From Strigamia acuminata (taxonomy: Eukaryota), in NCBI GenBank assembly GCA_949358305.1, contig OX442314.1, positions 13,702,001-13,766,000 of the forward strand: a stretch of DNA of 64,000 nucleotides. The letters are read 5' to 3'. This document shows, one piece after another, positions 12,374 through 26,125 of the stretch. The notes beneath the pieces are model-generated. The model had not been told where the DNA came from, made no database searches, and saw only the letters and a program-made list of their open reading frames with translations. The stretch's first letter is position 1, and every line of letters starts with the position of its first letter. Both the position numbers and the translations under genes were made by a program.

Positions 12374-14949
12374 CTAAAAAATGAAAAGCCGGAGGACACC
12401 TGTCAGCGAATCACGTGACACGCGCCGGAATCGATATCTAAAGCTCGTTCCTTAAAATTCGCAGTCGGGCAGAAGAGAATCAGAGAGAAGAAGAAAAAAA
12501 AACCTCTTTCATTCGAACAACTGAAAAGATAAAGGATGAAGGCGAACACGAGGTGGAGGAGGCCAACTTCATCTGCTTAATGGACTAAGAAAAGCGTTGA
12601 GCCACGTTTCTTTTGATTGTCAGCCGTTTCTAAAGCACCAATATGTACCAGAAAGAATCTCAAACCCAACAAGAAGAAAATTAAAGATAGAGGGAAAAAA
12701 GCTGATAAAAAAAATCCATTTCAATAAATTCACCAATTTCGCTCCTTCCAATTACTCGCGACTAATCAAAAAGCAGCAAGACCGTGACAAAACCTTTCTT
12801 CCACGAGAAAATTTAAAAAAATAAAATAAAAAAATAAAATAAAGAAAAAAAAATTGTGTAAAACTGTTATTTTCTTTCGGTTCGACGACAAAAACCGGGT
12901 GCTTCAACTGAAGTTCTGTACATTCATTACACTCATAAAAATCAACATTGTTAGCAAACAACTCTGAGCCAAAACAGAAGCGACATAAACTAAAAAACAA
13001 AAACAAAAAACATTACACGTCCAATAAGGGACTAGTAATTGTTATTAATTTTCCAAACTTTTTTTCAGTATGGCATGGCTCGCACAAATATTCTATTTTC
13101 AAAAAATGGCGACCGATTTAGTCTGTTTCAGTTGCAGTGGGCAAGTGCGCAACATTTAAACAATAAAACACGTTTATATACATGTTCAACACGCGCTTTT
13201 GAATGCACCTTGTAGTAAATTCAAATTAAGACACACAAAAAAGATTGTTAGACTTATAATTAATGCAATAATTATGAAATTAACCCTAAGTGCATATTCA
13301 ATCTGCACCCCCAGGAGTGGTTTCTCTCTCTTTTGGCAGACAGATGTGACGGAATATGAAAAAATACTTTTCTATCTTTACTGCCTATATGAAAACTAGA
13401 ATCCACTTACCTCCACTCATTCATTGAACGCAATTTATGTTTATTGCAGCGCACTGGTCAAATAATCAATGTAGACCGAAATTGACTTTCAATTGATTTT
13501 CAAATTGATTTTTCTGTGGAAATTGCCAACCAAGTCGTCATAAAGCCAATCCAATCCAATCCGAACACAGAAATATTATCAAATGATAAGACTTCCAAGC
13601 TAAAATTAGGAATATCGCGCCGATCCATTGTGAACGAGTTGTCGCAAAACTCAAAGCCAAACACAAACAAACTATCGAGATTCATTTTTCTTGTGGTGGC
13701 AGAACATCTCTCGTCTCGACTAGCACAGCCAAATTAATTGAATTTGCCGACAAGGCCACCGAGTGGCACTCTCACACATCAGACATCACATTCGAAGGCC
13801 TGAACCGACGCGTTGCAGGGTCAAATCAATGGTGTGTGCCAAAAGATGGCGAATGCCAACACAAAACGGCAATGAGCCTGGTCTGCGCGAGATAAACCGT
13901 TCGCTTGGCCTTTGCCTTGTTTACGCCGAGGACACATCCCCGCAGATCCTTTTGCAGTCCAATAAGGACTTTGGCGTTGCCCCCCTCCCCAATTCTCTTT
14001 GAAAATAGTATTGAGGGGAAAAGAACGATTGATGCGGGGATAAAACGAGTAATGGAGGGGAGAGATCTTGTGTTGGGAATTGTGTTCACTTGTTATTGCG
14101 ACTAGAAGAATAAATCTTGTCCCTATCCATTCCCGGAATAGTCGCGTACCTTAAATGGCAGCAAAGGGGCAAAGGGCAGCGTCTCCATTAGCTCTCGACC
14201 AACCATGACAAACCCCTTTCGACGAGGGAAATGCCGACCATGCGGCGTTACTCTAAAGGGGAAAGTGAAAGACTCGGAGCGCCCTGAGAAAGTGATAAAG
14301 GGTGAATGACAAGCAAAAGGCAAAGAACCCCGCTAGAGCGACAAATCTCATTTCGGTCTCGACTGACGTAATGACAGCTGCATCGGAAAACTGAAATTGC
14401 CATGAGCGAGCAGAACATTTTTCCTTATATGGAATTGGACCGATATTAAAAAAATGTTCGGGGGATTGCGGGTTTGCAAACTAAATAAATAACACAATTA
14501 TCAGTTTCGCGATCACGGCATTCAATTGACGCAATAACATAATATTGCTCCATTTCATGACATTCTTAAATATTAATGTTAGCACATCAATAACACAAGT
14601 GACAAGTGCTCGTCCGCATTTTTCATTCAATATGCGAAGGTATTGACAATGACATTGCATGCAAAGCTTGCTAAATGAAGTTGGAAATGAATTTAACAAA
14701 TTAGACAAACGCATTTTAAAGCCCATCAACTGCACGTCTAATTAAACGAATCTAAAATATGCACACCCATTTGCACACAATTTGTTCATGACGTGCGCCA
14801 TATGGTTGCGTATACATACTTCCTTCTAACGAGGTTTCGCACCTACCCTCTCAATAAAATATTCAATTTACTAAACTTATTACGAAAACATTAATAAATT
14901 TATACATTTCGACATCTTATCATTTCATTTTCATTCCTCAATTAAAATA

Positions 14950-15078
14950 CAGTCAAAACTCTATATAACGAATACCTAAAAATGGCTGGTTTGGTTGGCT
15001 GGCCATAGAACACCATGTTAAAAAATTTCAATATAACAAATTCTCGTTATAACGATTCGTTGTAAAGAGTTTCGACTG
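14950..15078. mobile_element. pogo/Tigger-like MITE, deleted copy (129 bp)
   Basis: TA TSD on both sides; TIRs cagtcaaaactctatataacgaat and attcgttgtaaagagtttcgactg; interior nearly identical to 26269-26452. Confidence 0.9.
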
Positions 15079-18000
15079 TAATACACAAATTTACAAATTT
15101 ACAAACAAACAAAACGCATAATAATAATAAAACTAAAAACTGCAATCCAGTTATCCTGGATGTTCATAACATGTTGTCCATGCAGACACCTTCAGCCAAG
15201 GCTCTATGAGCCATTGATTGGATGTGCTGTCAGTAAACGAAGTTACATACTAACCCGATACGATAACCCCATCTTCCCAAGTGGCATCAATGGCACAGTT
15301 ACTACATCGAGGTTTCACTTGACCCCTTACTTCGCCCCGTGGAGGTGGATGAGAGAGTGAAGCCGTTCCCGAAGGAATGGACAACGAGTCCAGAGACCTT
15401 CAATGTCGCTTTAGGGGCGAATGGTTCTTTGGGTCTTAGAAAGGTCTATTGGAAGCTATCGCGTCTCCAGAACAAACAAGATATGTCATCCATTTTCCCG
15501 CCTCTCTCGTGTTAAGATCGAAAAGCAGCTTCGATGCCCATTTACCGCCTCCATACATCACACTAAGTTTCCTTCAACGCTCTTACATCTCCCAAGAGCA
15601 TTTGAAATAAAAATCAAATTGAAAAAAAGAAATAAAAACCAAAAAAAAAAATTTATACTTTAATTTTTTTAAAAAAAAAAATAAAAACATTAATTATAAA
15701 GTAAAAATAAAAATCCGCTTTATTTCAAGCTTATCTCAAAATTCCTAATTAAGTGTGGAGGAAAAAATGCACTTCAAATTCCTCTTTTTATTACCCCATA
15801 TAAGTGATTTTTCACATCAAAAAATAAAATACCGTGCGTGATTTAAAATGCAACTTTTTCAAGCTTATTACAAGTTACAACAAAGAAAAAAAATATATAA
15901 AAATATGGATGAGGCAGCCTTTTTAATTTATATGCATATCAGGGTCGGTCTGAGCGCGTTGCATTTTCCGCCACTATGAACATCACCATTGACTCATAGT
16001 CATCCATATATTCCTTTCATCCCACGATGAGCCCAGTGGGGCCAATTCTGGTCAAAAAAAGGGGAAGAAACCCAGCATGTATGTATTTTTTTATTATTCC
16101 ATTTTAAAAAATAAAGAGAAAAAAAAATTTCTCAATAAAACGATGAAATGAGAATAAAATAAAATTTCTCCCGCGAGACAGGACAGGGTTACGACGTGAT
16201 AATAGAAAAAAAAATTGATAAAAACTCATATCGTGCTGGTATTTTATTTGAATAGCGGTTTCTATACAAACATCTTGTTTACAAATTAATTTTTTTTTAC
16301 CTCAAGCTGTTTTTTTCAATGTAAAAAATATCGAAAAAAAATCATTTTTTATTATAATAAAAAAAACTTAAAAAAAAATTTTTTTTTCTCAAAATAAATT
16401 AAAAAATCAAAAATAAAATCCAGCCTGTTCCGTAATTCAATATAATTTCCCTTCCCCCATATTAATCTCGGATCAACACCTTTGAGCAAACAGCATCAAA
16501 TGCATTTAAAATTGTTCCGGAAGTGATTACGATTGTCACTATGGTTACCGAGATAGGGGAGAGAAAATACATGCAAAAAAAGATATTGATTGGTCAGCCA
16601 ACCATCTCACCCACTCTAAAAACCCCTGCTGTAGACAAAACGGGCCGCCAGAAGGTTTCAGTTATGGGGGTTCTTTGGACAGCTGCAAATCCCATCTGTG
16701 GGCAAGCAATATCGCTAACCCCACTTTCCATTATCCGAACCATCTCCATCTCCATCTCCAAGGGACCATTATCGAAATAAATTTTCTGTATAATTTGGAT
16801 AAAAATTGAGCACAATCCCATATCCATTCCATTCCCCTCGCGATCGCATCCCCCAAAAATAGATTATTTTCTTTTCTCTTCATTCAGACAAGACGACAAT
16901 AAATAAATTCAACTTTTCACAAACAGTATTAGACATGCAACCATCAAAAATTCACTTAACATACCCATTCCGCCACCGAGTTTGCGAAAATTAATAACAT
17001 GTGTTTGTATTCGCAGCTGTGCACCAGTTGAAAATACGCTCTTTGCAGCAATTTTGCCAAACTTCTAATTCAAACCGCCCTAGCAATTATTCCCAAATAT
17101 TCCTCCCATTTATCACGACACACACCCATAGTTAAGTCAGACAAATTCGTCAAAAACTTAACCACACACGTATAATCGCGAGTTATAATGACGCGAGACC
17201 AAAATGCAACTTTCTCCCCCGTAGGGAGTCTCCTCTCCCTCAACCCTCGACGCACTGTGAGTGCAATTTTCCTTGCTGCAGTGCTGCCTTATTTGTCTGC
17301 CAAATGAGACATCTGGTAATCCCAATTTAAAATGCAAGATTGATTTTTAAAATTTTTTCTTCCACATCTAATGAGATTCCTTCTTGAGTTCATATTTTTT
17401 TCTCCCCCTTCAAAACTGTTTGCCCCTTAAACTTCTCATTTGCTACATTTGCATGGAATAACTTTTTCGTCATTCCGTGCAGAAATATGAGCATTAATTA
17501 TCAACAGTTTCCAGTAGGGCAAACAAGAAGTGCCACAGTTCCAATGCAACGTTCGCATAATGACACCATTTCCGGTAAACCAATGCACACGACATTGCAA
17601 TGAGATAAAAACGGCTCATCATACTGATCACATGTTGACATTACAACAAGCTAAAAGCAGCGTTGGGCCAGGTTAATTCTTAGTCTCGATTTAACCTACA
17701 GTTTCCATGGTAACCTCCGATTCAGTTTTTTTTTGTGTGGTTTCTCCAGTTCCCGAGGCATATGCAAAGCTTGGTCTTCATAAAGGCACTCTACCTTTGG
17801 GATTATGCTAATACTAATGCAAATTTTCATTTGCTAAACACTGGAAATGGACCGTGATCAAGTGGACTTCAAGTGCACTAATGCTTACCTGCTGTTTGAG
17901 AATATTGAGTGACAACCTTGCCAGAAACTCGGATCCAAATGCTCATTTTATGTTGTAAAAGTGGAAAATTGGATGACTTTTGATCAAAAATGAATTTTTT

Positions 18001-21000
18001 TTCGTCTCAAAAATTATTTTTTAGGCCTAAATATAAAATTCTCGTCTTAAAAAAAAAATTTTTTTCTTGGATCCGCCCTCAAAGTTAACCAACATCACAG
18101 TGGGTAATTAATTATTCGGCTAATACATGCTGAATGAACCCACAACAATTGCCCTATTTTCCAAAGTCTTAACACAACACTGCAACTCTTTTCTCCTTTT
18201 GTTGTCAACAACTTCTTTTCTTCCCCACTTTTAAGCAAACAAACAAAACAGTGTGCAAACACTTTCTAATCCCACGACTATGGCAGTGCCACCAATGAAA
18301 CAAAATCTAATCTTCACACCTCCGCATATTGTGAAAACCAATAAACACATGCGTCTGCCAAAGCTTAAGAATTATCCTAATCATAATCAAGGTCGAAACC
18401 AAACTACAACAAAACTTTATTATGTGAATTCCATTTTAATGAAAACAGCTCGGTGTGTGCCGAAAATCGAAACTTAAGTCTGGGAAGAATTTGCAAACAC
18501 ACCACTTGCACCTATAAAACACGTGAATGAGGGTCTAAAGTGGATAAGAAAGAGACATGAAAATGTTCTTTGGGTGCCTTGGGAATGTTTTTCTCCCATG
18601 TGCGTTAATCCCAACGACGACATTCGAGGGGCTAGGCTAATCAGCTTATGCAAATCAACTTTTTCCTTTTTTTTTAATACACTAGAAAAGAGGGGTGGGT
18701 TTAAGGAAATTAGTCCGTTGTGATGCATCAAATTAAACCCTTTAAACAACATTAGAAACCACATTGTTGCTTAAACATAAAATAAAAAGTTATAGCTTTC
18801 TAGGAAAGGTGTCACTAAAGCCAAATTTCGAAGGATCCCCCCAATGCCGACTTCAAAGAACTCTCTACTTTCGGTATGCATTACAGTTGCACAAAGACAA
18901 GAGTTTCCATACATTTCGGCATCGAAGATGTTTTTATTCCATCAACTGTACATTTTTTGAAAACCAGAGTGCATCTTTTGCACTTTAAGTATATTTTCTG
19001 CCCCTAATTTGCATATTTTCCACTTAATGTGCATATTTGAACTAAAAAGCCCACTTTTGCAACCAACACCTGCGATATCTTCTACACCTCCGTAAAATAA
19101 GTGGATTGTAACGTTAATTTTCAGCAAAAGGCGCTGTTAATTAAAACTAAGCAATTATAAAACTAATAATTTATGAATAACTTTTTGAAAAAAAATAGTA
19201 TTATACATAATTTAATCATTTAAATAGACCTATTAATTTAAATTTCCCATTTAACATATAAACATACAACTTTTTTTCTTTTTTTTTTTACTTCTGACCT
19301 TAAAAACGCATTATAGCGTAAAATTCCTTTTAGAATATTCACACAATCAGATTTCGCGTAATGTAATTTCATTTGAGCGCAGCAGGGCAGCGCGCGCACA
19401 GACATAAACAAAGAAATTACATCAAATGTACACTTTGTGTCTTTAAAAATTGATCATTAAATATTTGCCACAAACCAACCGACCAGTGAACTTTATTACT
19501 AACATCATCAGCGGGTGTTGAGGCTTTGCCGTGTCAGGTTTGCGGCGAGTAGACTCGTTCGCCATATTGCTTCGCCATCATGTTCGATCGTCATATTTAA
19601 AATGAATTACGACGCTTGCATGACAAGCCAACCTTATTCCTCATCGCCAATACTTGCACCAATCTTAATAATAACATTTCAAGACCCGATTCTTTGTAAA
19701 CATAACCATCGACAAAGAGAAAAGCCTTATTAGGCATGCAACCAGCATTTAGGAATGAAGGAGAGAGGTGGGGTGCCATGAACACACACACAGAGAGAAA
19801 GAGAGAGAGAGAGACGCAACTGCACGCCGAGCTATTGCGCCATTCCCTTTATGACTTCTGAAAATGAGGCTCAGATTTGCTGAGGCCTTCACAGCTGCCG
19901 TTTCGAGCAAAAATAAAAACGACAATGACACAGCGCCGAATCCAAACAAATTGAGCTATTCCTAGAACTCCTTATTGGACGCTATTTACAAAATCAACCA
20001 ATAAACAAATAAAAACAACAAACGCATTACGTATCTACCCCATTTTATAGCCAGCGGGTCGAAATGTCAGCACATAAAAACCAAGTCCACCGTGCACTAT
20101 AACAACACAGTGCACGTGTTGCCACGCTCCTCAATCCTCACTACCAACATTATTCACCATCACTTACAACAGAATCACACCCTACAATATACCGTTCAAA
20201 ATGGTTTCAAAAAATCTGCTTTAAGCAAAGAGGGTGTCACTTCCTTAACTTATCTTAAGCATGCATATTTGCGCATGCTCGGTTGACCAATCATTCCTAT
20301 CAGCTGCGCACAAGCCTGCGCATTAGAAAAATTAATATTTTCATTTAAGAGCATCCATAATATTTATTTATTTATTTATTTAGTAATGTCACTCCTAAGG
20401 AGTAAAGGTTACAGGAAAATTAGACATTCAAAATTTGTTCGTTAAGAATAAGACATTTATTTCACTTATTTTTAGTATTTTCTTAACCAATTTAAACGCA
20501 CCTTTTAATTTTAACCTCCATTTTTTAACATTTGCAACTGCGGCACTATAAAAAAAACTTCTTAAGCTAAACTTTTTTTTCCCTCCACCAAATCTCGTAT
20601 TATTACAACCCTAACACAACCGCATCTAAAGACCCATGCACTATACCTTTTTAATCAACTTTATACTCCTTTCCCCATTTTTTTTCAAAAAAAAAAAGAA
20701 CCTGTACCTTGGCTAGATGCCAATGGCAATTATCATCAAAAGACTTAGTAAGAAAGCTTCTTTCGGGTCGTGTAAAGCAAAAGTTAGAAAAAGAGGACGA
20801 ACAAGGGAATTTTGACCCGCTAATTACAATTCGGTGTTTCGAAACCTTTAAAAATGTTTTTATTCCTTAAATTCAAACTAAAACTGTCGAAAAAAACACA
20901 ATCGCGTGTATATATTGTGGTCGGCCCGTTGTCATTATGCGCCTGCCTTCAATAACCCTGCTAGCGTAATTGGGCAATTAGGAGGCTTCTGATCACTTTT

Positions 21001-21159
21001 TGCTTGAACAAACACCGAGGCTCATCTCTATAGCACACAAGCAAAAGCCATAGAGCAATTAGCTCATCCTCGACTCCGTATGCCGAGAAACCATTCAAAC
21101 TCTCTCAACCTCTTCTGTGTAATCTCGAGTTGCTCACTCTCCCGTTTTCCATGCATAAG

Positions 21160-21211
21160 TAAAAAATAAAAAAATAAAAAAATAAAAAAATAAAAAAAAA
21201 AAAAAAAAAAA
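21160..21211 (+). repeat. A-rich simple repeat (TAAAAAAA)n followed by poly(A)
   Basis: Read directly from the sequence. Confidence 0.85.
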
Positions 21212-21829
21212 GTTCATTTTAACTTCAAAAGTTACCGACCGCTTAATCATTCCAGAGAGAAACTTCACACTAATCTTCGATATTACATTTTGATGTTTTC
21301 CACGCGCAATCTGCTCGTGTCGTTATAGCAAAGGTTCCTCTTCCACTTCCTCTTTCCATAGTGTATGCACTCAGTCAAGAGGGACTCATTAATCGTCTTA
21401 GGTTATATATATATAACTCCAAGCAGGAGAAGGAGTCTATGCAGAACTTCTTGGTGCGTACTTAAAGCCTCATCACTGCCATCGTAATAAACTTGTTTTG
21501 GTCAAACCGAATCGTAAAAGACATCACAAAAGTACAAATTTATAATAACTCAATTGATTAAAAATGATTAAACAAATGGCATTCAAAGTGCCGAAATAAA
21601 AACACAAAAAAAAACCCATTTTATTAAATCCCCGATTGTTTTTCTCCACTCCTTTAAACCATTCAAAAGGATTAAAACCATTACTTTTGTTCAACCCACT
21701 CCACCAACAAAACACTCACTTATTTTTATTATGTTTTGACACACACAATGGCATCGAATCTATGTTACAACCGCTCAAAACACACAAATAAAAAAAGAAA
21801 TAAAAAATAAAAAAAATAAATAGCAATAA

Positions 21830-21865
21830 TAAAAATAAAAATAAAAATAAAAATAAAAATAAAAA
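21830..21865 (+). repeat. (TAAAAA)n simple repeat
   Basis: Read directly from the sequence. Confidence 0.8.
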
Positions 21866-23834
21866 GCGCCAGTTTGGCCTTTCTCTACGAATTGTCGGCT
21901 AATTTAAATCGTTATTATTCCAGTCTTCACCCCATTCGCATTTAGAAAGGCAACATAACTCGAACGTACTTAGATGCACCATATACGAGTCATGGGTTAA
22001 AATTAAAGCCGTTTTCAACTAGCATTCTTTTCGTCGACCGCAACACGACACTAAAAGGGTTGAGTTGCGATATACGCTCGGCCTAATCCCTTTTTTTTTT
22101 CGGCCAACACAATAGACATGTCGTTGGTTGCCGGTGCACGAGACAAAGCCAAGCGGGCGACTTGACGAGCGCCGTACAATAAAGTTGAAGAGGCGATTGT
22201 GTGCTGTGCTGTGTTGAGGCGGGCAAACGGGTAATGACATTCCTTTTCTCCCCAGGTTCCTGAACTCATTAACTTTTCAATGTTCATTACAAATGGAAAA
22301 GAGAATGAAAGAAAGAAAAGCCCACCTCACCGGTAAACATTTTCTCCTTTCATCAAATAAAACAAAAAATAACGGAACAAAAGAACAGTCATCGCTTTTG
22401 GCTGGGTGTGGCAACAGGCAGAAATCTTTACACGCCAACCCATCCCAATCCCAAGCACCGGTAACCTTGGCAACCGTGATGATACCGTAATTTTATTAAC
22501 CTACTTGTATTGCGAGATGCTACAGCCAGGGTTAGCTAGATAACACATGATTAATGACTCTTCAGATAGGCCGAGATAAAAATTTGTCTTCATTTGTGAA
22601 ATTATTTTTTGATAAACTTAATTTTTATTATTATTATTATTATTTAATGTGCACAAATTGGAAAAGAAAAATGTTTTTATTATTTCTTCTGGCCTAATTT
22701 AATCCGATGAAAAACTGGAAAATTATTCCAATAGTTATCATGCTAGACCAAAGGAAATTACTCCACTCATCTTTCCTCCTTTCATCATTCCTACTCAAAG
22801 AGTAAATTTGCATTTATACAAGTTTAAAAGGAGGGAAAAAATAAATCCAAATGTAATTTGGTAATAAATTATCGAATTTGCTGCTACATCGAGAAAAAAA
22901 ATTTCTTTCCTTCGTGGTAACGCAGAGATAAAAATGCACAAAAAATAAATCAACTGTTCCTCTTAAATAACACGCTTAAAACTCGACAACTGACAAAACA
23001 ACTAATTATCCCCCTTCCCAAAAAAAAAATCGTCGTCTAATTTTATTATTTCAATCTAAAGCAGATATAAAATCGATAAAACTTCCTAACACTTTAAAAA
23101 CATGAGAAAATGTTTTTATTTCACTTGGGTTCTCGTCGAAATTGCAATACCCAACTTTTTAATAATCTCCAGTGATTCAAACCCATCAACTTAATTCCCA
23201 GCGGAAAGAAAAATAAACCCAACTACCGATAGCAACACGATCAGCGCGAACTAACTCGACCGCAGCCACTGAAACCAAAACCGAAACTAACATCAGCAAA
23301 GCGAAACATGGTGAATTCGCTCAGTAGTCCACACGAGCAGCAAATTTACCAAGTAATTGACCATTAAATTGCGAATCACAAATTTAACTATTAAAAAAAT
23401 CAATTTCTTCTAACTTATTTATTTTTATTATCATTTTTAAAATTCAAAATTCTTCTCTCTGTCAAATTCGCCCAAGATGAATGACGTAATGATGGGCAAT
23501 GCGCACACTCAGTGTGTGTTCAGCCCACATAATGCAACATTTAATCATCTCTAAATTCCAACTTAAAATAAATGAATTTACGACTTAATAACACCTCATT
23601 TACCCTTCCCTCGAACCCAAAATGAAAACACACAACGAAACGGAGGCGGAGACGTGTTTAAGAAATGATGCGACATAAATAATTCCTCTTTCCTGCCAAG
23701 CCTTTACAAAAAAAAAAAAAAAAAAAAAAAAATGGAAGCCCTGGTTTGAGTGGCGATCCCCAACACCGTTCTCACAACATCAATATTACAGCAGCTTTGT
23801 GCTCCAAAGGACGCCAACGTCAGCACTAAATGCC

Positions 23835-24189
23835 TCAAGCCTTTTCTTCTTCTGCACGGCAAGCGAGCACGGGAATTTCCTTCGCCGCATTAATAAATCG
23901 GACCGGCTCCGAGGACCGGTCGTGGAGAATTCGTGACACGGACGGTGGTGACGGGTCCCCCGTAGCGCGACGAGGCAGCTTTAATTGATCGGTGTATGTG
24001 CATCCCCTCCCTTCCTCCCCCCGCACCCGTCTTGCATCTGACATTGCCAGGTCTAGAAGACACTCGAGTGGAAGATTAAGGTGCGCCCTACGTATCCTCT
24101 CTTGTCGAATTAAAGAGAGGCTCGTTTGTGTGTCGAGAATCTTGGTCGGACGAATAATCCGATTAAAATCATTGCGTGGAGGGAATGAC
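23835..24189 (-). CDS. Candidate terminal exon, 117 open codons, no recognisable homology
   Basis: Strong acceptor ctctctctttgtcgttttcttcag|G at 24190/24189. The frame starting at 24188 is open to TGA at 23835 (SFPPRNDFNRIIRPTK...ACRAEEEKA*). Lies in a GC-rich island. Confidence 0.2.
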
Positions 24190-24934
24190 CTGAAGAAAAC
24201 GACAAAGAGAGAGAAGCAACGCCGTCCATTAAAGCAACCTGCGCTGCCATTAGCGCTGGGTGGGATCTTGGCAACATTTATCAGGAATGCAGCAGATTCA
24301 AATTCAAAACGATAGCTATAAAAGGTATAATTGCAACGTGCTGTGTTGACATTGCCTGCAACAAGTCCCGCTAGACGAAGAAATCATGCTTGATAAGGCT
24401 GTGCGACTTGCTAGCAACACATCGCCTTCAAAAAGGCTTGTAAACCTATTTATACGACGGCGAATGCTTTTGCATAATCAGGGACGGTTGACAGCGACAC
24501 CTTTTGCTTTAAAAATACGTTCACAGCTTTTTCTTTTTTTTTTCTTTTTTTCTTTTTGTTAACGAATAGGAGATAACACGATGCTCATAGGATTTCGCTC
24601 ACAACCAAAAGTCACAACACGCTGCTTCCTCTAATAAATATCTACAGGGAAAATACGATTTCACACAGTTTGTTCTGTCGTGCCACTTTAATACTGCCAA
24701 TTGCCAACAAAATGCATCGCATTAAATTTCCTTTGCTCACCTCCAACCTCAAAACTTCGCGTTAAATCAAATCAAATATTAAATATCCATTAAACCGATC
24801 ACTTTAATGCGCTACTCAAATATTAATCTGTTTATTCCAATTTAAGTGTTTCGAACAATTAACTAAGATTTTCAATTTTTTTTAAATTAACGAGAAAAAT
24901 TTCATTTTCTTTAAATCCAATCCAAGTAATAATA

Positions 24935-25247
24935 CCGTAAATGCTCTAACAAGTCTAAATTGACCAATTCAATATCTAAATTAATCAAAATGACTAAATT
25001 TAATATTTAACTGAAACAAATGACTAAAATAAATCCCTAAATTGAACAAAACGACTAAAATAAATGTCTAAATTGAACAAAACGACTAAAGTAAATGTCT
25101 AAATTGAACAAAACGACTAAAGTAAATGTCTAAATTGAACAAAACGACTAAAATAAATCTCTAAATTGATCAAAAACACAAAAAAATTATGAAGAAAATC
25201 TAAATTCTGTAAATAGAACGCCCGGCATTCTATTAGAGCATTTACCG
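24935..25247. mobile_element. Tc2-like MITE carrying a minisatellite
   Basis: TA then ccgtaaatgctctaa ... ttagagcatttaccg (14/15 inverted match); subterminal quasi-palindrome aatagaacgcccggcattctatt. Confidence 0.75.
24976..25175 (+). repeat. 31-bp minisatellite, about 6.5 copies
   Basis: Unit ctaaattgaacaaaacgactaaa(a/g)taaatgt starts at 25037, 25068, 25099 and 25130, with degenerate flanking copies. Confidence 0.95.
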
Positions 25248-26125
25248 TGGTGTCATTTCATCACAGGAAGTTAAAACTATTGCATTAAAACTTATCCGGA
25301 TCTCAACAGTCAAAACTTCAGTCAATTGCAGGTTATACTCTACCTATTAAACAACATTAAATTTCCATTAAACCTTTACTTGTGATTGCCCACTGACACC
25401 GTCCATATCGCTGCCTCAATCCATTTATTAGCAAGCTGTCTGTGAAGGGGTGAAAAGGATGGCAAAGCGGAATTATATTTCAGCGAATTAATTAAGACAG
25501 AGAGAAAATGATGGCACTAAACTAAATTGTTCGTTTCATACAGTTCCAATATTTAATTTTCAGACGGAACGTGGCATCAAGTCGTGCATTCTAGATGAGA
25601 GCAGAATCTCTCTATCTAATAAGCTTATTAAATGTAATTTCCTGCCTGCAAGCCAAGGAGAGTTTGCTCGGCGCCATCGAAAACATTCAAACTATGCATG
25701 TAATGTGCAATACGCAAAACCAAAGCAACCAAAGGCTCAGGTCCAATAAGTTACTACGCTGTGAGCAACACTTTTCAAGCTCATGTTTCACTCGTGCCAC
25801 AAGAAGTTACCCGATCCTGAGCTATTGATCTATTGGAGGGAAAAAAGGGATGCCAAAGAAAGGAACTCAATGAAGAATCACACAGGCACCTTAGTGCTAG
25901 TCAATATAAAGCGGCACCCAGCGGCTTTTCACGAACAAAAAACTCAAAGAAGATTGGAGGAGAAGGGAAGGAAATAAGCCAATACTTTCAGCAACAAATA
26001 ATAATATAAAAAAAATCATTTATTTTTTCTAAATTGTATTTCTTTTTTAAAAAAAAAACGAAGCTAAAATGGCCAAATTGGATTTCAAGCAGCGGATTTA
26101 TGGATTAATCCAAATAAAATCACTA

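Noticed and set aside
17926..18080. MITE bounded by cggatcca and tggatccg
   Set aside because: Only an 8-bp inverted match, no intact CAG/CTG ends and no TSD.
24976..25175. 31-bp, 28-bp and 21-bp arrays as CRISPR
   Set aside because: Units are head-to-tail with no unique spacers, there are no cas genes, and the context is eukaryotic.
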